A DNA stretch of 63,920 nt, counting the filler, from Dimorphilus gyrociliatus (taxonomy: Eukaryota > Animalia > Annelida), in the NCBI GenBank assembly GCA_904063045.1. It is 5 parts of 5 records of this genome, joined end to end, with 100 filler letters (N's around TTAATTAATTAA, not from the genome) between each part and the next. Parts side by side here need not be neighbours in the genome. Positions count along the whole stretch, not along the records: positions 23,316 to 33,040 come from CAJFCJ010000283.1; positions 33,141 to 45,205 come from CAJFCJ010000258.1; 3 more parts are not named here. One strand, 5' to 3'. How positions within the stretch are numbered: position 1 is the stretch's first letter; every line of letters begins with the position of its first letter. Of this stretch, positions 26,086 to 35,942 are shown piece after piece. A model generated the notes under the pieces. It saw only the letters and a program-made list of their open reading frames with translations. It was not told the DNA's origin and ran no database searches. The position numbers and the translations under genes are program-made.

Positions 26086-26369
26086 ATGGCAGAAGAAGGA
26101 AATGGAAACGCCACTGGGGCAGTTACAGACTCTAACCCTTCAACCCCAGCAACTCCAACAATTACAATTCAGCCAGCAGGAATGTCAGAAAGGCAACAAA
26201 GACTAATTGAAGACTATGATAGATTGGTGAGTGAAATGAAAAGAAATCGAATCACAATTCCAACAGATCATGGAGATGGAACACATCACCCAGCACAGAA
26301 CCCAAATGTTGATATCACAACAGTAATTCAAGCATTAAGGGCTGCTTGGGACCGCCCTCAAAGAACTAT
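26086..26369 (+). pseudogene. gag: gag N-terminus of copy A, interrupted by the inverted copy B
   Basis: ATG about 40 nt after the PBS (MAEEGNGNATG...). The frame runs directly into the LTR that starts at 26370. Confidence 0.75.
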
Positions 26370-27004
26370 TGTACTGCTCTTGCTGGCAAAATCTATGCGT
26401 TTGCAAGTTATAACAATACTGGTTCTACTCGAACCTTTAAACAAATGTTTAAATTAAAATGGTTTATTCGCAATAATAATACTTAAGCAAGTAACAATAT
26501 GAGAGTTCAATAGCAGAGTAGATAGTTTGTAATAGCAGGTTGCCAAATTACCAAACTGTCTTCCAATGTTGAGGAGTAGATGGATGGTTCCAGTGGAGGT
26601 TGTTTCCAGATGATTTTCCCAGGTCCTTGGGTCCAGATGGAAGCTGCATGCCAAATGAGAATAATGAGAATTTATATACTTTGAGGTTTGTCTCTGACAT
26701 CCAATCATCACTTTACAGTTGCCGAAATGTGTAGTTCATATTTATCTTTAGTAACAGGATGTTACAAGGTTCAACATTTAGGAAGGTTAATTGAATTATA
26801 ACTTGGCCACACCCTAGGCAAGTTAATTAAATTATAACCTGGCCAAACCTTTATTGGTAATTAAAGATGAGCCTTCAAGCTGACTAATCAGACTTATGTT
26901 TGGCCAATGTTATAGCATTTTCTTGCGTAGGTTTTAAGATGTACATGTATATGTTGCATAAAATAATAGAGTTCAAGCATGTAAAATATAACCAAAGTTG
27001 TACA
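26370..27004 (-). repeat. 3' LTR of copy B
   Basis: Reverse complement of 25391-26025; preceded on the minus strand by a PPT. Confidence 0.95.
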
Positions 27005-27005
27005 A

Positions 27006-27019
27006 CTTCCCCCTTCTTT
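27006..27019 (-). promoter_or_regulatory. Polypurine tract of copy B
   Basis: AAAGAAGGGGGAAG immediately before the 3' LTR. Confidence 0.88.
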
Positions 27020-27035
27020 GTGAAGATGAGTCCCT

Positions 27036-29455
27036 TCATCTTGATTTAATGAGAATTACAGGTGGTTGTTCTTCTTCATTAGTTTGATGTTGACTAAAGC
27101 TACAACTTTGTTTCATTAGTTTTGGGTTTTCAGGAGAGTTATCTGTGCTCTCACTTGGGGTAGCAATTTCTTCTCTTTGTTTTCTTCTTCCAATAATATA
27201 GTTGAAAATGATGATACATACCATTGACACTACAATACTCAAACAAATATTTCGTATGATAACATAAAGTGTTTTCCCAGGTTTATAGTACCAACTATGG
27301 AAAAACTTTTAATTCCAGATAAATTGGGTACAATGCCATTTTTCTCTGCAACAGTGACCATGTTATCATACCTTGCCTGCTTCTGTTCCAGTGAACTGAT
27401 AACTTGCTTAATTTTTGAGTGCTGGTATGCAATATCCTTCTTTACCCCATGGTGGAGTAGATCAGCTAATCTGGCAATTTCAATTTTTGGTTCAGAAAGG
27501 TGATTGTGGATATGTAACTGCATGGATTTTGCAGACACAGTGTGAAATCTGCATCCTCTTTCTGAATAATACACATACGTTTTGTCTTTCATTGGTTGGT
27601 TTCTTATAGGATTTAATGGGTTGTGAGTTGTTTTGTAGAATAACTTGTTAGACTTACACTCATTATAGGTAATCTCTTCAGGATTGACTTGCTGTAAAAC
27701 ATGAGTAACTGGTTCTACTTGGAAAAGCAGGTTGTTCATGGTGACAAGTAAAAATTGAGAACATTTGTTATTCTTTTTTATCATGCTTAAGTCACAAACT
27801 ACTTCTGTTGAGGCTATTGGTGAACATTGTTTAATTATAGCTAATTCTCCCATCTGACTACTGTGCATTCCCAACTCATTTGTTAACACTGTGGTCAATT
27901 GAGGATCCAAATTTGCTAGTAATGCCATCATTCTGCTTCTTTGAACAAATTGATTGCAGAGAAGACTTGACAGCTGTTGGGTAAACTTTTTTAAATTCTT
28001 AAAATTTGAATCAATACCATGTAGTAAGGTAGATGTTTGGGCAGCTTCTCTCATTTCCAATGGGAATTTGTGGTATGGGTTTTTACTTATCTTATGTTTC
28101 AGTTTTGCTTCCTTCTTCATCTGCTTTTTAGCCATTCTCATGTGTAGAGTAAAATAAATTCCTTCATAGGTAATCTTAAATTCTCTGGCTGGTGGTCCTT
28201 TATACCATATGCCCAATGTTGGTAATACCTTCTTTTTGATTCTTTTCTCACTGTATACATATTTTGAAATCGTGACAGATTGTCTTGTTGCCCTTGTCCA
28301 ATTGACTGCTTGCAGCATTTCTTGGATATAATAGTTATCCAGCTCCCAGTAAGATGGACTAATGGGTTGTTGTAGATGATATATCACAACTTCCTTGAGT
28401 GTGCCTTTATTTCTCATTAGTTTATACTTTGTGTTTGTTTCTCTGTACCATTGGTTAAGACTTGGTAAGGGGTTGTTTCGCTTGTATAGTATAATTTGTT
28501 CTTTAACTTTATTGGGATAGTTTAATAGTCGTTTTTCTTCATTTTTGCCAATCTTCTGATATTGTAGCAAATTGTATAGGTGTTCCTTGCTTGTTTCCTG
28601 TATTAAACTCTGTTCCTCCAGTGGTACTAGTACTTTTGTTCCAGGACCACCAATTCCATCAATAAACTTATCTTGATAAGGGATGTCCAGAATAGAATAC
28701 CCTGGACAAGAATAGTGACCAGCAAATTTGATACAACTAATTCTGTTGCTAATTTTTATCCATGGTGATTGTTGCCCAAGTGTGTAATTATTCTTGAGGT
28801 TCCTAAAGACAATAATTGCCTCTTCTGTTTCACAATAGGACTGCCCTGGTAAACAATCTTCCAGGTAGTCCAGATTAGTTGTAATTTTCATATTAGGAGG
28901 TTGCCAATATGCTTTGCCAAACTGGATAATTGTGGTGTATTCCAGCACCTTGGTCGTTGTTGGCCATGTGTAGGCAGCAGGAAACTGATCTTGGTGGATC
29001 CAAGTGTTTCTTTTCACCATTAAAGGTTTTCCTTGAAAAGATCGTTTGTCTTTTATCATCTGTCTGCATTGATCATGAGTTACTTTGATAACTGAGTTAA
29101 CAATCCTCCTCTTCTTTGCTCCAAAGAAATAGTAAGTGTAAAAATTAGTTCTTAGATACACTTGACATTTTACTGCTCTTGTTTCAATTTCTTCCAAGTT
29201 CAATTCATAGATATCAGCTGTAATTGTCTTGGTTTCTTGTGATTCTATATTACAAGTTGGCTCATCTGCTAGATCAAATGCCTGGCTTGGTAGTTGGTTA
29301 GAACAAAAGTATAATGGTGGTTTAAATGTTAAGGTAATGTTTGCACTTGTAACATGGGCACCTTGGTAGGATGGTTTTGGGACTGTTATTGAGTGGATGC
29401 AGCCACAGATCACCATTACAGTCATCACTAGTGGAAGCCACAACATCTGTTTCAT
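27036..29455 (-). CDS. env: Env: class III (gB-type) fusion glycoprotein, copy B, with a 1-bp deletion near 27306
   Basis: Signal-like MKQMLWLPLVMTVMVICGC, Cys-rich ectodomain and C-terminal TM. Nearly identical to the intact copy at 53127-55547. Confidence 0.85.
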
Positions 29456-29777
29456 GTTAGCTCTTCCTGTGTTGGCTATAGTTGAATGGTTGAAAATTTT
29501 GTGTTGTTGTTCCACTCTGATAGTTATTCCATCTTCTAACTCTATATATTGTGGTTCCACTTCTTGTTGGGAATCTAATTGTTCAGAGATGATTTTAGTC
29601 TCATCTAAAAATATGACTGACTCATTGTCTGTGTCACTTGTATTTTCTTTCTCATCTTGGGATGAATCTACCACTATGAGGGACTCATTATCGAATGGGT
29701 TATGTCAATAATTTCACCTTCAATAATTATTGACTCATTATCCGAATGGGTTATATCAATAATTTCGCTTTCAATAA

Positions 29778-31862
29778 TTATTGACTCATGTCTGAACTAG
29801 ATATTTCATCTTCTCTATCAGAGATAATGTTTGCCTCTGAATCTGTATTTTGATCCAGTTCATTATTTGTTTCTGTGTCATCACTTTCAGATGAGCTTGA
29901 AGGTTCATTGAGACTGTAATTACTGTCTGTTTTGAAAGTATTGCTTGTGTCATAACCAGTATCAGAATTAGTAACTTCCATCTCTGAGTCATCACTATCT
30001 GAACTTTCTGATGAAGAGTCATGCTGTCCCATCATGGCTATAGTGACTTTGTTTAGTTGAGGTTGCCTTATTCTTTCAGCCAGGTTCCCTTTCCTTCTAT
30101 CAAATTTGAGAGAACACTGTTTAGCTTCAAAATTGAGGTTTGCTCCCACAGTTTGTAGGAAATCACAACCAAGTATTATTGCTATGTCTAGATTTTCCAT
30201 AACTATAAATTCTTGTTCCATACTTTCTCCAGCAAATTGGATATTCAGCTTTACGCTTCCTTTTTGCTTTAAAGCTTTCCCATCAGCTGAAGTTATAATT
30301 GGTAAGCCAATTGTTTCTTTATCCATAATTGTAACATCCATTAACTTGATTTCTTTTTCAGTAATAAAGGATCTCAATGCTCCTGTGTCACACAAGGCAA
30401 TGACTTCTTGGCCTTTTTGATTCTTCAAACGGAATTGGAAGTCATTTCTTCCTTCTACCTGAGAAAGATATTGGAGGTGTGTTATTTCCTTCTCCACAAG
30501 GTGAAAGATTGTTGTTGCTTCTTTCCCTGTTTCCAACTTATTAGATTCATTGGCTAGTCTTAATCTGCTACCATGTACCAACTTGCATGTATTATCATCC
30601 ATTTGTATTTCATATATCCACTTTTGATGATTGACTTTTGTTATTCGGTATGGGCCTAACCATTTTAAAGAAGGGATTTTTGTTATTGCAATTCTTGCAG
30701 CATCATTTCTTAAGAATACTTCATCATCAACCTCAAAATATTTTGGAAGATTGAGATTTCTATTCTTTCTTTCCCTATATTGTTCTTTTGCCATGATGGA
30801 TTTACAGAAGGCTGTAGCTCTTAACTGTACCAATTGCTGCTGGTGATTGAATACAAATAGTACATTTGTTTCAGGAGAGGTAGTATGCATTGTTACATCA
30901 ATCAGTGTTCTTGTGCTGGTGCCAAAAAGAAGTTCCTGGGGTGGTAGTCTTGTACTTCCTACAGGTGATTGATTCAAAAATGCTTGAATCAAGGGTAGGT
31001 TTGCAACCCAGTTATGCTGATTTTCTTCCACCACTAATTTATTGATTTCCTTCCTCACTTCTCTATTTCTTCGTTCAACTAGTCCATTGCTCTGGCTTCT
31101 ATAAGCTGTTGTTTGGATTTTCTCAATACCTAATACCTTCATAAACTCTTTAAAAGCTTTACCAACAAAGTTTCTTCCTTGATCTGTCAACATTTGTTTT
31201 GGAATTCCAAAAATGGGAAAAAATCTGTTGAAAAGAAGGTTTGCAATTTCTTTACTGGTTTGCTGTTTGAGTGCATATAAAACTGTGTATCTACTGAAAT
31301 GATCCACTATCACAAGTATGAATCTGTATGACTTAACCATGGGTAAGGGTCCCATTATATCCATGGCTACCAACTCCATTGGTGATGCAGGGTGAAAGGT
31401 TTCTACCAAAGGGTATACTCTACTCCTACCATTCATTTGTTCACACAAAGTGCAATCCTTTATTGAATTCTCAATCATAATCTTTAATTTTGGGTGCCAA
31501 AAGGTCTTTGTAATTATTTGTAATGTCATTCTGGGTCCATGGTGATTGTGAATTTTATTTTTATGGAATTTAGGGAGCAGAGTTAGCATCAAATGGTCAG
31601 GTAAAACCAGAATGTTTCTTTCTTCAAGGATAATCCAGATCATTTCCTTGTGAACAAACATCTCCATTATGAAAGGTGTAAAAGTTCCAAAATAAGGAAT
31701 AGGTAGCTGACCATCCAATGTTAAATATTCTTTAATTGATTTTAAATTCACATCTTTTTCTTGCTCTGACTGTAAGTCAACAGAAGACAAATCAATTTTC
31801 TCTTCACTGTTATCACTGGTAGCTACAAAAGTTAACTCTGGTGTATGTTCATACTGTTCCAT
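29778..31862 (-). CDS. pol: Integrase (HHCC, DDE, GPY/F) followed in frame by an aspartic protease and an acidic linker
   Basis: HNHHG...CTLC, VAMDIMGPLP, LTDQGRNF, SNGLVERRN and WLGPYRI, then ALCDTGALRSFI...IILGCDFL. Confidence 0.92.
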   Translation of the reverse strand: MEQYEHTPELTFVATSDNSEEKIDLSSVDLQSEQEKDVNLKSIKEYLTLDGQLPIPYFGTFTPFIMEMFVHKEMIWIILEERNILVLPDHLMLTLLPKFHKNKIHNHHGPRMTLQIITKTFWHPKLKIMIENSIKDCTLCEQMNGRSRVYPLVETFHPASPMELVAMDIMGPLPMVKSYRFILVIVDHFSRYTVLYALKQQTSKEIANLLFNRFFPIFGIPKQMLTDQGRNFVGKAFKEFMKVLGIEKIQTTAYRSQSNGLVERRNREVRKEINKLVVEENQHNWVANLPLIQAFLNQSPVGSTRLPPQELLFGTSTRTLIDVTMHTTSPETNVLFVFNHQQQLVQLRATAFCKSIMAKEQYRERKNRNLNLPKYFEVDDEVFLRNDAARIAITKIPSLKWLGPYRITKVNHQKWIYEIQMDDNTCKLVHGSRLRLANESNKLETGKEATTIFHLVEKEITHLQYLSQVEGRNDFQFRLKNQKGQEVIALCDTGALRSFITEKEIKLMDVTIMDKETIGLPIITSADGKALKQKGSVKLNIQFAGESMEQEFIVMENLDIAIILGCDFLQTVGANLNFEAKQCSLKFDRRKGNLAERIRQPQLNKVTIAMMGQHDSSSESSDSDDSEMEVTNSDTGYDTSNTFKTDSNYSLNEPSSSSESDDTETNNELDQNTDSEANIISDREDEISSSDMSQ

Positions 31863-31982
31863 TTTAACTGAAATAGAGGGAGAATTCTCCTTTTTGATCT
31901 TCCATGAATTAGCTCTTCAAATGTTACTTTCCTTGGGGGTGTATATTCTTCTAATCTTGTTAATGCATCTGCTCTATTTTTT

Positions 31983-32524
31983 TCATCCTGTCACATAGTT
32001 AATTGTAAATTTTAAATCCATTAAAGCCATGACCCATTTTGCTGTGCTGACATTCAATTTGTTTTGCTTAAATGTTTGTACTAGACTCTGATGGTCAGTA
32101 TATAAAAAGAATGGCTTGTCTTGAAGGTAATGTAAAAATTTCTTTACAACCCAGTAAACACCAAATGCTTCCTTTTGATAGGCTGCATATTTCATTTGAT
32201 TATTGTTGAATTGTTTTGAAGCATAGGCAATGGGTTTCATTGTTTTCTTCCCATTCTCATCTACATAAACTTGTTCAAGAACTCCTCCTACAGCTACATT
32301 GATGATGCATCTGTTGTTAATTGAAAATCTTTAGCAAAATCAGGTAGTTGTAATACAGGAGGGTTAACTACTGCATCTCTCAACTTGAAAAATGATTGCT
32401 TGGCTTCCTCAGTCCATTGCAATTTATCCTTTTTCCCATGTAGTTTCATTAACATATACAGAGGTTTAGCTACTCTTTGCAAAATCTTGTTAAATTTTTC
32501 TGTAATAGCCACAAAATGCAACAA
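31983..32524 (-). pseudogene. Gypsy RNase H region, frameshifted
   Basis: PPVLQLPDF..FQLTTDAS, PIAYAS, KEAFGVYW and FFLYTDHQSL. Confidence 0.9.
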
Positions 32525-32642
32525 AGCTTAGTAGTGAATTTGCAAACACTGGTGCTGTAAATTATATAATTTATCTGTCTTGGACTTATCTGTTTCAATC
32601 CCCTTTTCTGATACAATGTGTCCCAAGAATTGAACTTGTTCT

Positions 32643-33040
32643 TCAAAACACACATTTACTTAGTTTAATCTTAAAATTGTACTTTTGAATCTGTTGAAGA
32701 ATGGTCTCCAATGCTTCCCAATGTTGGTCCAGCGACTTGGTAAATATTATTATGTCATCAAGGTAGTTTAGGCACAAATGCTTTACATCCTTTAGCACAA
32801 ATGAATTCATTACATAACTAAAATGAGGAGGGGCATTGGTTAATCCAAAAGGCATCTTAATAAATTCAAACAAGCCAAAAGGTGTAATAAATGCTGTTTT
32901 AGACCTATCTTCTTTCTTGATGTTAATGTGGTGGTATGCACTTGTCAAATCCATTGTAGAAAAGAATTTATTTCCTCCTCCCAAATGGTCAAAAAGATCA
33001 TCTTGATTTGGCAGTGGATACTTGTTTTTTAACTGTCATT
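32643..33040 (-). pseudogene. Gypsy reverse transcriptase, partial (contig end)
   Basis: KYPLPNQDDL, DLTSAYHHI, KTAFITPFGLFEF..MPFGLTNAP and YLDDIIIF. Confidence 0.93.
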
Positions 33041-33140
33041 NNNNNNNNNNNNNNNNNNNNNNNNNNNNNNNNNNNNNNNNNNNNTTAATTAATTAANNNN
33101 NNNNNNNNNNNNNNNNNNNNNNNNNNNNNNNNNNNNNNNN
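33041..33140. other. Artificial contig spacer 2
   Basis: 44 N + TTAATTAATTAA + 44 N. Confidence 0.98.
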
Positions 33141-33295
33141 TAAAGCTGTAATTGTGAGTGGTGATTACTTTTAATACTAATGTAAAAATTGTCATGGAAG
33201 TACCCCTTTATTTTCTTAAAATAAAAATAAAATTTCCCAATAAGAATACATTGCCAATTATAGAACTTAGATCAATTTTTTTTATTTATGGAATT

Positions 33296-33545
33296 AAATT
33301 TTACTTTCAGAAATAAAATATTCTACTTTTAGTAGTATAAATTGCTTTTATTATCATAAACTTTTTAAAGATTCTATTTTGGTAATCAAGTAATAAAATT
33401 TTACTTTCAGAAATAAAATATTCTACTTTTAGCAAAGTATATTACTTTTATTATCATAAACTTTAAGAAGATTTTATTTTAGTAATCAAGTAATAAATTT
33501 TTTTTTAAAAAACAAAATATTCTACTTTTAGTAAAGTATATTACT
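33296..33545. repeat. About 100-bp tandem repeat, 2.5 copies
   Basis: aaattttactttcagaaataaaatattctactttt... recurs at 100-bp spacing. Confidence 0.8.
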
Positions 33546-33607
33546 TGTTTTATAAAAAATTTAATATTTTAATATCAATTGTTAGTATAAAACAATAATA
33601 AACGAAA

Positions 33608-34591
33608 TTAAAGTAAAAATATTCCTTTATTTTTACATTCACTCTGGATTTCATCAGTCCAAATGCTTACTTGTACTTCTCCAATGTGCTTTTTATTTAA
33701 AAGAAACATACACAACCTTGATTGACCAATACCACCACCAATAGAATATGGCAGATTTCCATTTAACAATTCCTTATGAAATGGAAGTTCAGCTCTATCT
33801 TCAGTATTAGTCAACTTCATTTGACTTTTACATACTTCAGGAGAAACACGAACACCCATTGAACTTAATTCTAGTCCTAAATCCAATGCTTCATGATATA
33901 CAATTAAATCTCCATTTAAGTTCCAATCATCATAATCAGGTGCTCTTAAATCATGCTCTTTACCAGATAAGAGCTTATGTCCTATTTTTCTTATAAAAAT
34001 AGCTCCTTTCTGTTTACATAACTCATTTTCTCTCATTTTAGGAGTCAAATCAGGAAACATATCTTCTAATTCTTGAGAATCGATAAAAAATATATTTTCT
34101 GGCAATTCTTTTACTTTTACCTGGTACTTCTCAATGATAACTTTTTGGGTTTCTTTTATACTTTGATATATTTTCTTAACAGTAGAATCTAAATAGGAAA
34201 TAGTTCTATCTGATTCAGTAATAGATTTTTCCCAGTCCCACTGATCAACATAAAATGAGGTTGTATTAGACAAAATTTCATCTCTTCTAATAGCATTCAT
34301 ATCAGTATAAAGACCAGTTCCAATCTCAAAACCATATTTCTTAAGAGCAGCTCTTTTCCATTTCGCTAAAGAAAAAAGGGTAACCGCACTTCCATCAACA
34401 CTTTCCATATCAAATTTTATCTGTCTTTCTACACCATTTAAATTATCATTCAAACCAGAGTTAGCAGGAAGGAAAAGAGGAGCTGAAACTCTTTGTAATT
34501 TTAAATTATCTGATATTAGACCTTGAAACATACATTTAATGTCAAAAATCGCCTTTTCTGTATCTTTTAGGGACAGTGTAGTAGATGTCAT
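33608..34591 (-). CDS. asnA: Aspartate-ammonia ligase (asparagine synthetase A)
   Basis: SLAKWKR, GLYTDMNAIRRDE, YVDQWDWEK, RAPDYDDW, ELSSMGVRV, SIGGGIGQSRLCM and HIGEVQ. Confidence 0.96.
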   Translation of the reverse strand: MTSTTLSLKDTEKAIFDIKCMFQGLISDNLKLQRVSAPLFLPANSGLNDNLNGVERQIKFDMESVDGSAVTLFSLAKWKRAALKKYGFEIGTGLYTDMNAIRRDEILSNTTSFYVDQWDWEKSITESDRTISYLDSTVKKIYQSIKETQKVIIEKYQVKVKELPENIFFIDSQELEDMFPDLTPKMRENELCKQKGAIFIRKIGHKLLSGKEHDLRAPDYDDWNLNGDLIVYHEALDLGLELSSMGVRVSPEVCKSQMKLTNTEDRAELPFHKELLNGNLPYSIGGGIGQSRLCMFLLNKKHIGEVQVSIWTDEIQSECKNKGIFLL

Positions 34592-34839
34592 TGTAAAGGG
34601 TTAAATTTTAAGATCTTTTTATAAAAATTTTGTTTTCAAATTTAGTTTAAAATCACATTATTTACAAATTTATAGAAATGTTATAAAATTGCTGGATAAG
34701 GAAAGGAAATAAAAACGATAAAAAATGATAAAAAAACGACAATTTTCATATTTTTAAATAAATTTACTACTTATAGTAAAACTTCCATAAAAAGTATTAA
34801 CTTAATAATAATGAAAAACAAAATTATTTTAAGAAACTT

Positions 34840-35330
34840 AAATTATTTTTTAATAAATTATTTTTACAATAGAATTAAATTATGAATTTAAATTATAGAT
34901 TTTTTGTTAATAAACTTAAATTATGAATTATTTTTTAATAAATTATTTTTACAATAGAATTAAATTATGAATTTTTTTTAATAGAATTATTTTTTACAAT
35001 AGAATTATTTTCTTAATAAATTTAAATTATAGATTTTTTTTATGAATTATTTTTTTTTAATAGAATTATTTTTTAATAGAATTATTTTTTAATAAATTAT
35101 TTTTTACAATAGAATTATTTTTTAATAAATTATTTTTTACAATAGAATTTTTTTTTAATAGAATTATTTTTTTTTATAAATTATTTTTTTATAAATTATT
35201 TTTTTTAATAGAATTATTTTTTTTAATAGAATTATTTTTTACAATAGAATTATTTTCTTAATAAATTTAAATTATAGATTTTTTTATGAATTATTTTTTT
35301 TTATAAATTATTTTTTATGTATTATTTAAT
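34840..35330. repeat. AT-rich degenerate satellite (AATAGAATTATTTTTT-type units)
   Basis: Many tandem variants visible directly. Confidence 0.8.
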
Positions 35331-35342
35331 TTTATCCTTACA

Positions 35343-35849
35343 ATGATAGAAGATGTTATTAAGTATTGTTTAGAAAAAAGATTACCATTGTATGTAATTA
35401 GTTTATCTTGTAATTTTTATAGAAAATATTCTAAAATAATTAAAAATTTAAATAAAGACTTAGAAAAAGATAATAAATTAATTAAAACTTGTGTTTCTTT
35501 AGCTTGTAAATGTGAAGGATTGAATTCATTGGAATTAGATACTTTAATTGAACAAGACATTATAGAAAAATTATCTTTTGATTTAAATCATAAATGTCCA
35601 TTTTTAAGAATGTCTGGTCTTATTATTCTTTTACAAGAGAAAGATTTTATTTTAGAAGATAATATATTTGAAAATAGTATTAATAGAATGAATTATTTAT
35701 TAAAATTAAAAGATTATGATGAATTTAATGTAAATGAATTAGCTTTAGCTGCTTTAAATCAGTTTAATAATGAATTTATGAATTTAGATTTAAAATTAGA
35801 TAAAAATAAAATATTAAGTTTAAGAAAAATTTTAGAAGATATTAAATAG
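35343..35849 (+). CDS. Hypothetical protein, 168 aa
   Basis: Clean intronless ORF in very AT-rich DNA, preceded by ATCCTTACA-ATG. No recognisable motif. Confidence 0.6.
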   Translation: MIEDVIKYCLEKRLPLYVISLSCNFYRKYSKIIKNLNKDLEKDNKLIKTCVSLACKCEGLNSLELDTLIEQDIIEKLSFDLNHKCPFLRMSGLIILLQEKDFILEDNIFENSINRMNYLLKLKDYDEFNVNELALAALNQFNNEFMNLDLKLDKNKILSLRKILEDIK

Positions 35850-35942
35850 AATAAGATAATAATAATTAATTTAGGTTTATGTGGATTTATATTTTAATAA
35901 ATAAATATTATTATTTATATTAGTTTTTAGGTATTAAATATA

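Larger units (their letters stand above)
26370..33040 (-). mobile_element. Ty3/Gypsy element copy B: RT-RH-INT-PR-linker-Env-3'LTR, 5'-truncated by the contig end
   Basis: Continuous minus-strand domain series ending in a PPT and LTR. Confidence 0.93.

Noticed and set aside
33608-34591. Contig 3 as a Mollicute or other bacterial contaminant because of asnA
   Set aside because: Gene density is very low, there are no operons or SD sites, Trp is encoded by TGG in the motifs checked, and a Tc1 element and a secreted Cys-rich eukaryotic protein are on the same contig.
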